From: a virus
DNA: 64,000 bases
Virus record (IMG/VR): IMGVR_UViG_3300021356_000797
Coordinates: 1-64,000 of that record
Reading direction: 5' to 3' (one strand)
A program made the translations under genes and the position numbers. This document shows, in pieces, positions 9,090 through 19,104 of the stretch. The first letter of the stretch is position 1, and every line of letters begins with the position of its first letter. The notes under the pieces are model-generated. The model was not told the origin of the DNA, did not search any database, and saw only the letters and a program-made list of their open reading frames with translations.

Positions 9090-10355
9090 ATGAGTGAAGA
9101 AAAAACTAACAAGGTAGAGGAATCTACCAATGTATCTCAGGTAGATATTAATCTAGATGAGATCTTTGGAATGCCAGGAGCTGAGTCAGTGACTCTTCCT
9201 GCAGATGAAGAAGCAGATAAAACTGCAAACGTTCTTTCAAATAAGAAGACAGATATGTCTTTTCTTGATGATGAAGAAGCTGATACACCAGCTGCTGATT
9301 CTACAGACAGTGCTGAAGAAGGATCAGAAGATCCTGATAAAACGTCTTTTGAAGACTTGGTTACAGAAGTAGAAGGAGCAGTAGAAGAAGATGATGAAGA
9401 AGGTGATGATGCTCCTAAGAAAAGAGGCCGTAAGAAAATTGACGGTGTAGCAGATGTCTTTGGTAAGCTGATTTCAGATGAGATGTTAATCCCATTTGAT
9501 GATGATAAGCCTATTGAAGAGTACACTGCTAAAGATTTCCAGGAGTTAATTCAAGCCAACATTGAAGAAAGAGAAAGAAAAATTAGAGAGCAAACGCCTC
9601 AAGAATTTTTCCAGTCTCTTCCTGAAGAGCTTCAGTATGCTGCTAAATATGTAGCGGATGGTGGTAGAGATCTTAAGAGTTTATTTAGAGCTCTTTCTCA
9701 AGTAGAAGCTACTAGAGAATTAGATCCTTCATCAGAGCAAGGCCAAGAAATGATTGTAAGACAATACTTGTCTGCAACAGGATTTGGTGATGCTGAAGAG
9801 ATTCAAGAAGAGATTGATTCATATAAAGACATTGGTAGACTAGAGCAGCTTGCTAATAAGTTCAAACCAAAGTTGGACAGAATGCAAGAGCAGATTGTAC
9901 AACAACAGGTGGCAGAACAAGAAGCACGTAAGCAACAACAGGCTGAAGCTGCTAATGCTTATATGGAAAATGTATATGAGACTTTAAAAGCAGGAGAGCT
10001 TGGTGGTATCAAGCTAGACAAAAAGACTCAAGCAACTTTGTACCAGGGTTTGGTAGAACCTAATTACCAATCAGTATCTGGTAGACAAACAAATATGCTA
10101 GGTCACTTGCTAGAGAAGTACCAGTATGTAGAGCCTAATCATGAGTTGATTGCTGAAGCTCTTTGGTTGCTATCTGATAGAGATGGTTACCATAGTAAGA
10201 TTAAAGAAGGAGCTAAGGCAGAAACTGTAGAGAAGACTGTACGCCAGTTGAAGACAGAACAAAGTAAACGTCAGTCATCAACTGTATTAGAAGAAAAAGA
10301 AGTTAAGAAGTCTAGAGGACTACCTAGACCAAATAACATATTTAAAAGGTTTTAA
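9090..10355 (+). CDS. capsid scaffolding/assembly protein
   Basis: Very acidic N-half, coiled-coil C-half, between portal and MCP. Confidence 0.72.
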   Translation: MSEEKTNKVEESTNVSQVDINLDEIFGMPGAESVTLPADEEADKTANVLSNKKTDMSFLDDEEADTPAADSTDSAEEGSEDPDKTSFEDLVTEVEGAVEEDDEEGDDAPKKRGRKKIDGVADVFGKLISDEMLIPFDDDKPIEEYTAKDFQELIQANIEERERKIREQTPQEFFQSLPEELQYAAKYVADGGRDLKSLFRALSQVEATRELDPSSEQGQEMIVRQYLSATGFGDAEEIQEEIDSYKDIGRLEQLANKFKPKLDRMQEQIVQQQVAEQEARKQQQAEAANAYMENVYETLKAGELGGIKLDKKTQATLYQGLVEPNYQSVSGRQTNMLGHLLEKYQYVEPNHELIAEALWLLSDRDGYHSKIKEGAKAETVEKTVRQLKTEQSKRQSSTVLEEKEVKKSRGLPRPNNIFKRF

Positions 10356-10387
10356 ACAATAATTACTAATCCTAAATTTAGATAAAC

Positions 10388-12007
10388 ATGGCAACTCCTG
10401 TTTTGAACAATGGTATCTTTTTGAGAGATACTTCTTACAAGGCGTCATCTCATGTTGATTCTTACCACTTGGCAAACATGCTAGGTAGTGCAGAACCAAC
10501 TGATATGGGTCCTGTAGACCTTTGGGCTATGGCTCAAAAGGTTGAAATGCCACTATACCAGATGGCATCTTTTGGTGGTAAAAATACCATCACTGTAGAC
10601 AATGCTCGTGGTGAGTATAAATGGCAAGTTCCTGTAGCTCAGGATCTTCCTTACATCATTGAAGACATTGAAGCTGGTAATGAGCGTAAAGGTATTGATG
10701 GTACTACTTTCAAAATCAAGCTTAACAAGCGTGCTTTTGGACATGGTGACATCATTACTTATGACAAGTACAACGGTGCTGAATTGTACATCACTGCAGA
10801 AGATATTCTTCCTGCTGGTGACGGATTCATCTACACTGTACAGTTGGTAAACAATGATAGCTTGAAGTTCTTGGATAACAAGTACTTGGCTTCTGGTACT
10901 AAGATCTTCCGTAAAGGTTCTGCACGTGGTGAGTACGGTGAGCGTTTCTCTGACATGGGTGATGTTTCTACTGGTTACCGTGAATTCTACAACTACGTAG
11001 GTGGTGCAGAAGCACACGTACACTACTCTATTTCTTCACGTGCTGACATGATGATGAAAGGTGGTATGCGTGCAGACGGTACAGTTCCTGTAACTGAGAT
11101 CTGGAGAAACTTGGATAACAGCATGGATCCATCTATTACTAGCTTGGAAGACATGGTATCTAAGATGGGTAAAGATGCAGTTAAGCGTAGCATGGAGAAC
11201 GGTACATTGAGCCGTACTTTTGTTACTAACTTGGAAGCAGCACACTTGTCTAAGATTGCTAAGGATATTGAAACTTACTTGATGTGGGGTCATGGTGGCC
11301 GTGTACGTCAGGACGGACCAGATGATGTACGTCTTTCTGTAGGTTTGTGGAAGCAGTTGGATAACTCTTTCAAGAGAGTATACAACAAGTCTGGCTTCTC
11401 ACTAGATATGTTCAAAGCAGAATTGATGAACTTCTACCAAGGCCGCGTAGAGTTGGCTGGACCAGACCCACAACGTCAAATCATTGTACAAACTGGTTTG
11501 GGCGGTATGAAGCTTGTTAATGAAGCTATCAAAGCTGAAGCTAATGCTTCTGGTCTTTTGGTACGTGCTACTGACATTGGTGCAGTATCTGGTACTAACA
11601 TGGACTTGAACTTTGGTTTTGCATACACTTCTTACGTTATTCCTTTCTTGGCTAACGTTAAGTTTGTATTGAACCCAGCGTTTGATAACCTACATACTAA
11701 TGATATTGAGAACCCTCTAGTAGATGGTCACCCACTAAGCTCTTACAGCTTTGTAGTATTTGATGTTACTGAAAACGGTAATGACAACATCTACTTGTTG
11801 AAATTGTCTTGGGATAACCAATTGAAGTGGTTCTACCAAAATGGTACTATGGATTACATGGGACGTACACAAGGATTCCAGTCTTCTGGTAACTTCAACG
11901 GATACCGTGTATTCATGACACAAACAATGCCAGCTATCTGGGTTAAAGATGCTACTAAGGTATTGAAGATTGTAATGAGAAACCCTGTAACAGGAGGATC
12001 ATTCTAA
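10388..12007 (+). CDS. major capsid protein (crAss-like, HK97 fold)
   Basis: 539 aa, syntenic position, strongly biased codon usage, followed by a terminator. Confidence 0.85.
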   Translation: MATPVLNNGIFLRDTSYKASSHVDSYHLANMLGSAEPTDMGPVDLWAMAQKVEMPLYQMASFGGKNTITVDNARGEYKWQVPVAQDLPYIIEDIEAGNERKGIDGTTFKIKLNKRAFGHGDIITYDKYNGAELYITAEDILPAGDGFIYTVQLVNNDSLKFLDNKYLASGTKIFRKGSARGEYGERFSDMGDVSTGYREFYNYVGGAEAHVHYSISSRADMMMKGGMRADGTVPVTEIWRNLDNSMDPSITSLEDMVSKMGKDAVKRSMENGTLSRTFVTNLEAAHLSKIAKDIETYLMWGHGGRVRQDGPDDVRLSVGLWKQLDNSFKRVYNKSGFSLDMFKAELMNFYQGRVELAGPDPQRQIIVQTGLGGMKLVNEAIKAEANASGLLVRATDIGAVSGTNMDLNFGFAYTSYVIPFLANVKFVLNPAFDNLHTNDIENPLVDGHPLSSYSFVVFDVTENGNDNIYLLKLSWDNQLKWFYQNGTMDYMGRTQGFQSSGNFNGYRVFMTQTMPAIWVKDATKVLKIVMRNPVTGGSF

Positions 12008-12017
12008 GAAGAATAGT

Positions 12018-12053
12018 AGAAGGGAGAGGGTAAAACCTCTCCCAATCTTCTTT
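12018..12053 (+). terminator. intrinsic terminator after MCP
   Basis: GGGAGAGG-gtaaaa-CCTCTCCC stem then T-rich tail. Confidence 0.75.
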
Positions 12054-12136
12054 AATTTGCTTGCTGTACACCTTACTTTATCAGGACTGGTAACCCTGGC
12101 AAGCATCAAGATTACACTAACTTAAAACCAAAAAAA

Positions 12137-13150
12137 ATGAGTGTGACTATTGTAGAGAAATACCAAATTGGAAAGTCAGGCAAGATTAGTATCAAGCCTT
12201 ACTTTGACCCAAGTATCAGTAACATGGGTCTTGAGAACTATCAGATGTCTCTAATGGATGGTGTATACCATGAAGAGCAACTTGCTTGTTTAGAGATTAA
12301 CGGGATCAAGAGATATGTAACTGGACTTAATGAATTTGCGCCAGAAGTTAAAATGCTTCCTGCAGATGAAAGAGCTGCTAAGATCCGTGAGATCCGTGAT
12401 GTGGTTGCATCACTAGAGCAAGACTTAGCTGCTAATGTTATTGATCCTGAAAGTAAAGACTTCTGGAAAGAGGTTAAGCTTTTAAGACCAGATAATGATG
12501 AGTTCTGGAGTAAGATTACTCTTAAGTGTGGTAATGACCCAGTATTTTTGGATCCTGTAAAGGACCCTTATGACTTAATTAAGTTATATGCAATTGAAGC
12601 CGGAGGGTTCTCAATTGTAACAAAAAGTTTGGAAGCTGCTAGGAGCAAACCAACCCCTCCTAAATTCTTCCTTGACAAGTTGGAGACTACGGCTGCTAAC
12701 CGTACAGAAATTTCTAAGCTGCGCAATAAAGCATTGGCAGAACTTCAGAAGATGTATGACAAGCAAGCTAACAAGATGTTCTTGGTTGCTAAGGTTGTTG
12801 ATGCTAATAGCACACAATACACTAAGAACACGCCTAATGATATCATCTACGAGAACATGGATAACTACATCAATGGTCTAGGAGTTGATAGAGATAAAAA
12901 GAAAACTGCTCAGGTATTCTTAGATGCAGCAAGACTCAGCATGGAAGTGTTGAAGCTTAAAGCAATTGTAAAGGATGCCACACAATATAGAATGATTACT
13001 ACTAAATCAGATGGTATGATTTATGATCTAGACAGCGGAACAGCTCTAGGACGTACACCTTCAGATGTAGTAGGATTCTTGCAAAATCCTCTAAATGAAG
13101 AGGTTATGATGAAGCTGATGAGCAATGTAGAAGGAATGTGGAACTCCTAA
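12137..13150 (+). CDS. conserved crAss-like capsid-module protein
   Basis: 337 aa immediately after MCP; synteny only. Confidence 0.6.
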   Translation: MSVTIVEKYQIGKSGKISIKPYFDPSISNMGLENYQMSLMDGVYHEEQLACLEINGIKRYVTGLNEFAPEVKMLPADERAAKIREIRDVVASLEQDLAANVIDPESKDFWKEVKLLRPDNDEFWSKITLKCGNDPVFLDPVKDPYDLIKLYAIEAGGFSIVTKSLEAARSKPTPPKFFLDKLETTAANRTEISKLRNKALAELQKMYDKQANKMFLVAKVVDANSTQYTKNTPNDIIYENMDNYINGLGVDRDKKKTAQVFLDAARLSMEVLKLKAIVKDATQYRMITTKSDGMIYDLDSGTALGRTPSDVVGFLQNPLNEEVMMKLMSNVEGMWNS

Positions 13151-13162
13151 ATATATATAACC

Positions 13163-13288
13163 ATGAGTGAAGATAAAGACTTTCAGATGGATGACAGCTT
13201 TGCTGATTTTGTTAATGAGCTAGAGAAGGCCCCTCAGCCAACTTGTAATCTGGAAAATCCTGAAGATTGTGAAGCTTGTGGTAGCTAA
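13163..13288 (+). CDS. 41-aa microprotein ending TCNLENPEDCEACGS (RNR alpha C-terminal tail-like), not in ORF track
   Basis: Translated by hand; exactly fills the 13150-13294 gap and has an AT-rich leader. Confidence 0.75.
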   Translation: MSEDKDFQMDDSFADFVNELEKAPQPTCNLENPEDCEACGS

Positions 13289-13293
13289 GTCCT

Positions 13294-13995
13294 ATGAACA
13301 ACACTACACTGCAAATTAAGTTTAAGCAAAGGCTAAACAAGTTAGCTAGTAACGACTATGATAATATAGAGTGCTGGCAAATAGTTGAAGCGTTTAACAA
13401 GGCTCAGATTGAGTGGTGTAGACGTCAGCTTCATGGGAACAATGTCTTTAAAGAAGGCGATGAGCAAAGTAAAATGCTCATTGATGATCTTCAAGAGTTA
13501 TTGGAAACTACATCTTTACAGGGTATAGAATCTGATAACGTTTATGTAAGTAATTCTCTTCCCAATAATTATCTCTCTTTTAAGAGGGTCAGCACTTTAG
13601 CTAAAACTGAGTGCTGCCCTCCTAGGGATATGACTACTTATTTGGTAGAAGAAGCTAACATAGACATTATCTTAAGAGATCCTTTAAAAAGACCTGATTA
13701 TGACTGGGGAGAAACTGTTTGTACTCTTTCAGGTGGAAGACTCAGAATCTATAGTAATTCTGATTTTACAATCTTCAAACCTACACTTACTTACTACAGA
13801 TCTCCTAGAAATATTGAGATTGCCGGATGTAAAGATCCTTATACTGGCAGTATCTCAAATGGAGACGTGCCCTGTGAATTTAAGGATGACATTGTGGAAA
13901 TCCTTATTGATGAGGCCGTAGCAATTATTGCTGGTGATATTATGGATGTAACAAATTACCAAAGAGAAATTGCTGCAGGACAACGTAATACGTAA
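13294..13995 (+). CDS. head-tail connector / tail ring protein
   Basis: FNKAQIEW, LTYYRSP, CEFKDDIVEILIDEAV pattern typical of crAss-like ring proteins. Confidence 0.65.
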   Translation: MNNTTLQIKFKQRLNKLASNDYDNIECWQIVEAFNKAQIEWCRRQLHGNNVFKEGDEQSKMLIDDLQELLETTSLQGIESDNVYVSNSLPNNYLSFKRVSTLAKTECCPPRDMTTYLVEEANIDIILRDPLKRPDYDWGETVCTLSGGRLRIYSNSDFTIFKPTLTYYRSPRNIEIAGCKDPYTGSISNGDVPCEFKDDIVEILIDEAVAIIAGDIMDVTNYQREIAAGQRNT

Positions 13996-14000
13996 TAATT

Positions 14001-14012
14001 TTTGTATATTAT
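14001..14012 (+). promoter_or_regulatory. putative late promoter TTTGTATATTAT followed by hairpin GTGTAAGGCA-cgt-TGCTTTACAC
   Basis: Recurrent motif; hairpin at about 14014-14036. Confidence 0.65.
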
Positions 14013-14070
14013 AGTGTAAGGCACGTTGCTTTACACATAATCTTTTTTTGTTAATTTAAATTTTGAAATC

Positions 14071-15168
14071 ATGGCTTATTTTCCCCATGCTTACAGAAAA
14101 GTTTTCATTGCCCGTGACGTAGACGTACAGGGTGGTGTAACTTCTGATGCTCTAGCTACTGGTCAAGTATCAGTTCTAGACAAAACCTTTACTTCAGTTG
14201 CACCTGGTGCAATTGCTACTAATGGTCTTTACATTTTGGCTCAAGGTAGCTTGCACAGTGTAGACAAAATTGGTCCTCACCACGGTGGTTACCAAGAGTC
14301 TGTTAAATCTAAAGGAATTAACCCTAAGTTTATTTCTAAGATTTGGACTAAAGATGCAGCAGCTGCTACTAACTCAACTGCTATTATTGCTTCAGCTGCT
14401 GGTACTTTTCCTGCAGGTAAGACTATCTTCTTGCGCGTAGATGTTAAAGGTTCTCCTGCTCTACGTTTCTTGGGACGTAACTCTTACTTTGTTGCTGATT
14501 ACTTGACTGATTGTGATGATGCTCAAACTCCAGTAGATGCTTCTAAAGTAATGCTAGGTTTGGCTGCATCTATTGCCGGTGATCCATTGGTAAGCCCATT
14601 CCTTGATGTTTCTGTTGAAGAAGAAACTGCTCCTGGTGTTTGGACACCAATCACTGTTGCTAATAGCAATGGTAATGTATGTAGACTAGCTATTAGAGGT
14701 GCTTATGTAGACACTCAGTTTGGTGACTGTTCTTTTGATCCTAAAGATTACTTTGAAAAAGAGCCAGTACAAATTCTATTGTCTGAGTTGAATGAGTCAG
14801 GTGACATTTGTGTTAATGACTTTGAAGATGCTATATTAAATCCAGGTGTACAGGGTTCAGGATTTGGTGAGTCTGTTATCCGTGAGTTTATTCTTTCTAA
14901 CCGTTACATGCAAGAGCCTTACAACAATGATCCACGTATTCGTGAGATTACTGATTCTATTGCTTTTGAGGTAGATAGAACTGCTTCTTACAAGGAGTAC
15001 AACTTGCTTCATAGCATTCCACGTTCTTACAACCCTTCAGGTATGCACAACAGTGATCAATACTTGTTGACTGTTTACGCTCCTGCAGGTGGTGCTCAAG
15101 CTGCTGATATGGATACTTACTGGGCTGCTTTGGCAACTGCAGCAGATCTAGTAGTAGAGGCTTACTAA
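14071..15168 (+). CDS. abundant structural protein (auxiliary capsid protein-like)
   Basis: Own promoter and terminator, MCP-like codon bias, position in capsid module. Confidence 0.6.
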   Translation: MAYFPHAYRKVFIARDVDVQGGVTSDALATGQVSVLDKTFTSVAPGAIATNGLYILAQGSLHSVDKIGPHHGGYQESVKSKGINPKFISKIWTKDAAAATNSTAIIASAAGTFPAGKTIFLRVDVKGSPALRFLGRNSYFVADYLTDCDDAQTPVDASKVMLGLAASIAGDPLVSPFLDVSVEEETAPGVWTPITVANSNGNVCRLAIRGAYVDTQFGDCSFDPKDYFEKEPVQILLSELNESGDICVNDFEDAILNPGVQGSGFGESVIREFILSNRYMQEPYNNDPRIREITDSIAFEVDRTASYKEYNLLHSIPRSYNPSGMHNSDQYLLTVYAPAGGAQAADMDTYWAALATAADLVVEAY

Positions 15169-15190
15169 CAAATAGTTAGAATTCTTAATA

Positions 15191-15225
15191 AAAAGGGAAT
15201 GGGGTTTATACTCTGTTCCCTTTTT
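15191..15225 (+). terminator. intrinsic (possibly bidirectional) terminator
   Basis: AAAAGGGAATGGGG-tttata-CTCTGTTCCCTTTT. Confidence 0.75.
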
Positions 15226-15291
15226 CTTTGATATAAACTTATTTTTTAGTAAATTAAATATGAGCCCCAGTGGTTAATTAATCTAATAATT

Positions 15292-15828
15292 ATGGCCTCA
15301 AAACATGAATTAAGTTTAGAGATTCCGGAAACGGCAAATGCTAAACTATTTAGAGTTATTGATACAAGTTCTTACAGCAAGGACCTGGCAGTAGAGTGCC
15401 CAACTTTGCAGATCTTGTCTCCTGGTTTCAATGAGACTAGAGATGTTGAGGCTATAGCTGGCTTCAACTATGTTCTTAATGCTTGTACATTAGGTGTACA
15501 AACGTCAGGCTGTGATACAACTTCTGCAGATTTAGGTGATGGTATCTATGTGATCCGTTATAGTGTTTCTCCTAATGAGTATGTATACGTAGAATACAAT
15601 CATTTGAGAATGACACAGGCACTTAACATGTACTATGAGAAGCTAGGAGAGATTGATTTAGGTGGTTATGATCCTACAGATACTCAACTAGAGTTGCTAG
15701 GTGAAATGAGACTAATTAAATCAATGTTTGACGCAGCTAAAGCAAAAGTAGAATACTGTCATGAACCTAAAGAGGGATATGAACTATTTGTTTATGCCCT
15801 TAAAAGACTAAAGAATCTTTGTGTTTAA
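15292..15828 (+). CDS. virion structural protein (tail hub/adaptor-like)
   Basis: LGDGIYVIRYSVSPN Ig-like motif plus helical C-terminus with AKAKVEYC. Confidence 0.5.
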   Translation: MASKHELSLEIPETANAKLFRVIDTSSYSKDLAVECPTLQILSPGFNETRDVEAIAGFNYVLNACTLGVQTSGCDTTSADLGDGIYVIRYSVSPNEYVYVEYNHLRMTQALNMYYEKLGEIDLGGYDPTDTQLELLGEMRLIKSMFDAAKAKVEYCHEPKEGYELFVYALKRLKNLCV

Positions 15829-15847
15829 CTTAAAAATAGAAACCAAA

Positions 15848-15976
15848 ATGGCTATTTGCCCTAACTGTAAATCAAAACTAAGCTGCAGTTGTCAGAAGAG
15901 AACTGCATCAGATGGAAAACAAGTATGCTCTAACTGTATGTCATCATATCAGCAGCGCATTCTTAAGAATAAATAA
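15848..15976 (+). CDS. 42-aa Cys-rich microprotein (MAICPNCKSKLSCSCQKRTASDGKQVCSNC...), not in ORF track
   Basis: Translated by hand; AAACCAAA leader; stop lies 1 nt before the next ATG. Confidence 0.75.
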   Translation: MAICPNCKSKLSCSCQKRTASDGKQVCSNCMSSYQQRILKNK

Positions 15977-15977
15977 A

Positions 15978-16604
15978 ATGGCAAGCAGAAGCAAAGTAAT
16001 AAGTTTTACCGATAGTTCTGTTAAACTACAAAAGAACTACTCAGATGCGGTATACAAAGTGTTCCTAGAAGAACGCTATGGTATTGCACCTTGTGGTAAA
16101 GGTAAATCTATGGAGCAGCTAGAAGCAGAGAAAATGCTCTGTGACTGGAAAGTTTTAAAAGGTGCTGAAGATCTATCAGATACTCAGTTGAGATACTTTG
16201 CTAATCTTCCAATTTATATTGACCAGAAAGCTGGTACAGTTACTAATGACTCACACTATAGATTTGCTGGATCAGCATCTAATAGAAATGCAACAGTGAC
16301 TTACAATACCGGTTTTAACGGAGAGCAGAATATTGTAGAAATTAATGCTGGTGGTGCAGTAACAAGAATTAACCTTAACTCAATTATTAATATTGATAAC
16401 ACTGAGTTAGATAAATACACTCACTACCAAGAAACTCCTTCTACTGTATGGACTATTGTTCATAATATGGAGTTTGTACCAGGTAACGAATTAATTACAG
16501 ACCTGGATGGAAATGAAATAGAAGGTGTAACTAGAGTAATAGATCTTAATACTATTGAGATCACCTTTAGTGAAGCTATAGCAGGATATGCATACGTGAG
16601 TTAA
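15978..16604 (+). CDS. tail fibre adaptor protein
   Basis: ORF 15912..16604, true start probably ATG 15978; C-terminal HYQETPSTVWTIVHNM...EG.. beta domain. Confidence 0.6.
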   Translation: MASRSKVISFTDSSVKLQKNYSDAVYKVFLEERYGIAPCGKGKSMEQLEAEKMLCDWKVLKGAEDLSDTQLRYFANLPIYIDQKAGTVTNDSHYRFAGSASNRNATVTYNTGFNGEQNIVEINAGGAVTRINLNSIINIDNTELDKYTHYQETPSTVWTIVHNMEFVPGNELITDLDGNEIEGVTRVIDLNTIEITFSEAIAGYAYVS

Positions 16605-16605
16605 G

Positions 16606-17130
16606 ATGGCACAGAATAAAAAGATATTTTATAGTAACATAAGTCTTGCTAAGAATGAGCTCTTAGATGCTAGGATTCAAAACAAGACTACTGCTCAGAG
16701 ACAGGCAATGTCTTTAGGTGCTACGCATTCTGGTTTAGCTGTATGGGATTTAGACCTTGCAGCTTTATTTGTATGGCAGTATGACCATTGGGTACGTGCT
16801 GAGGCAGACCCTGGTGATGTTCTTAGATGGAATGCAGCTTATGATGATTCTGTAGTAGGTATTAACATTACTCAGGGTACTGATACTACATTTACTATTG
16901 AAAGAAGAAACAGTGAGAATCTTACTGCAGTATATAGAAGTGGTTATGAGCATAATCAAAACACACCTTCTAACACTTGGGTAATTAATCACAACTTAAA
17001 TAAAAGACCTTCAGTAACAGTTATTGATTCTGCAGGCACTGAGGTAGAGGGAGCAGTTACTGTAGACTCTCTTAATCAGATAACTATTGTTTTTTGTTCA
17101 GCCTTTTCCGGAAAGGCATTATTAAATTAA
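16606..17130 (+). CDS. tail fibre adaptor protein, paralogous C-terminal domain
   Basis: HNQNTPSNTWVINHNLNKRPSVTVIDSAG matches the previous gene; N-terminus matches the next gene. Confidence 0.6.
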   Translation: MAQNKKIFYSNISLAKNELLDARIQNKTTAQRQAMSLGATHSGLAVWDLDLAALFVWQYDHWVRAEADPGDVLRWNAAYDDSVVGINITQGTDTTFTIERRNSENLTAVYRSGYEHNQNTPSNTWVINHNLNKRPSVTVIDSAGTEVEGAVTVDSLNQITIVFCSAFSGKALLN

Positions 17131-17155
17131 TATATATATTAAATAAAAATTAGTC

Positions 17156-19060
17156 ATGGCTAAAAAGTTTTTAACCAGCATTGACCTCTCAAAATGTGAG
17201 TTAATCAATGCTTCAATCCACAACCTGGCTACTGCCCCATCAACTCCTGCTGATGGTCAGGTGTACTTTGACACAAGTGATGCTCAAATGTACTTCTACA
17301 ATGGTAGTAGCTGGCAAGCAATGGGTGGTGATATTAGCTCTGTAGAGATTATAGCAGGTGCTGCAATGAGCGGTAGTTTGTCTGTAACTAGAGGAGCTTT
17401 TTCTACTACTCTTGATGTTAACACTGACGGTGCTACAATTGCCGTTAACGGTGAAGACAATCTTTACGTTATAAAAGATGCTGAGTACTTAGAGACGTTC
17501 TACAATACTAACGGAAGTTTGACTTCTGCACGTACTGTAACTCTAGGAGCTCATGATCTTACATTTAATGCAGGTGGTACAGGTAGTTTAACTATTGAAA
17601 GTGATCTTTACTTAGGTACTGCAGGTTCTAGCACAGGTACTCTACACTTGGGTGCACTTGCAGATGGTTCTAGTAGCCAGATCTTGTTTGAAGATGGTTC
17701 TGCTCCTCTTGGTGAAATCCGTTTTGCACACAATGTAGGTGACTTCCAATTCCGTATTTCAGATTCTACTTTCTTGCAGATTGATGGTACTGCTGGTAAT
17801 GCCGGTATCAAAGTAAACAAAGGTTCTCTTGTATCAAGTGAATTTGCTCTTGATGTTACAGGTAATGCTGGTGCAGCAGGTCCTGCACGTTTGGAAGGAA
17901 TGCTTGAGACTACTACAGAGTCTAAATTGGTTACTGTTACAGATGCTGGTGTTCTTGAATACAGAGTATTAACAGGTCTTGATGCAGATGGTACTCTTAA
18001 GAATATTGGTAGTCACGATCTTTCAACAACTGCTGCACGTACTCTTAGTGTACTAGATAATACTGTTAGTGCGTTTGCTATTAAAGAAGGTGCTAACAGC
18101 ATTCTTGATCTTACTACTACAAACGGTTCAGAAAAAATCACTCTTGGTTACAGTACTGAAGTAGGTGGTAACTTGACTGTAAACGGTAACCTTACTGTTG
18201 TAGGATCTCAAACAAATGTTTCTGTAGAATCTACTACTGTACAACTTGGTGATTCTTACTTGAGCTTGAACTCAGGATGGGATAGAGGTCTTGATGCAGT
18301 TAATGATGCTGGTTGGGTTGTTATCCGCGGTGCTGAACAAGGTAACGTATCTGTTGTATGGAAAGAAGAAGAGCGTAAATTCTACCTTGCTAATGTAGGT
18401 GATGAAGATGGTGTGACGGATCCAGCTAACGTTGGTATTGTAGACACTGTTGCTCTTCACGTAGGAGCTTTGACAGCAGATGATGCTGCTGTTATTTCTG
18501 GTAGCTTGAGCATTGGTACTATTGCAGAAGATAACGCATCTTCTATTATGGGTATTGATGGTAACGGTCTTGTTACAACTGTTAGCACGTCTTCTATTGT
18601 TGCAGGCGGTATGACCTTTAAGTACTCTGATGATGAAGGTTCTGCTACAGCTCTTGCCTCAACTTCAGAACTTACTATTAATGCTGGTGAAGGTCTTACT
18701 GCAAGTGGATCTGGATCAACTATTACTCTTGAGGGTGAAGATGCTACTGCATCTAACAAAGGTATTGTTGAGTTAGCTACAAACACTGAGACCAACGCAA
18801 TGGCTGATACTGCAAGAGCAGTAACTCCTGCAGGTCTTGCTAAGCTGCGTTTCACAGATGTTGTTCCAGGTGGTGCTACAACGGTACCTATTGGACACGG
18901 TTTGAATTCTTTGTTCTGTATTGTACAGGTAATGGAATTAGCAACTGGTGCTACAGTAGAATGTGATGTACGTAGAGTAGATCCTGATCACGTAGAACTA
19001 GACTTCTGTGTTGCTCCTGAAGAAGGTGCATTGCAGGTAATGGTTATGAAGGTAGCCTAA
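17156..19060 (+). CDS. tail fibre protein
   Basis: G/S/T/A-rich beta repeats, GQVYFDT motif, DATASNKGIVELATNTET fibre repeat. Confidence 0.75.
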   Translation: MAKKFLTSIDLSKCELINASIHNLATAPSTPADGQVYFDTSDAQMYFYNGSSWQAMGGDISSVEIIAGAAMSGSLSVTRGAFSTTLDVNTDGATIAVNGEDNLYVIKDAEYLETFYNTNGSLTSARTVTLGAHDLTFNAGGTGSLTIESDLYLGTAGSSTGTLHLGALADGSSSQILFEDGSAPLGEIRFAHNVGDFQFRISDSTFLQIDGTAGNAGIKVNKGSLVSSEFALDVTGNAGAAGPARLEGMLETTTESKLVTVTDAGVLEYRVLTGLDADGTLKNIGSHDLSTTAARTLSVLDNTVSAFAIKEGANSILDLTTTNGSEKITLGYSTEVGGNLTVNGNLTVVGSQTNVSVESTTVQLGDSYLSLNSGWDRGLDAVNDAGWVVIRGAEQGNVSVVWKEEERKFYLANVGDEDGVTDPANVGIVDTVALHVGALTADDAAVISGSLSIGTIAEDNASSIMGIDGNGLVTTVSTSSIVAGGMTFKYSDDEGSATALASTSELTINAGEGLTASGSGSTITLEGEDATASNKGIVELATNTETNAMADTARAVTPAGLAKLRFTDVVPGGATTVPIGHGLNSLFCIVQVMELATGATVECDVRRVDPDHVELDFCVAPEEGALQVMVMKVA

Positions 19061-19104
19061 TTAAAGGTTAATCCTTAAATTTACTACTATACAAATATCT
19101 TAAG

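Noticed and set aside
4005-12007. Introns or inteins in terminase, portal or MCP
   Set aside because: The ORFs are continuous and of expected size, with no intein or homing-endonuclease motifs seen
15912-15977. N-terminal extension MENKYALTVCHH... of ORF 15912
   Set aside because: It overlaps a better Cys-rich ORF (15848-15976); ATG 15978 follows that stop directly
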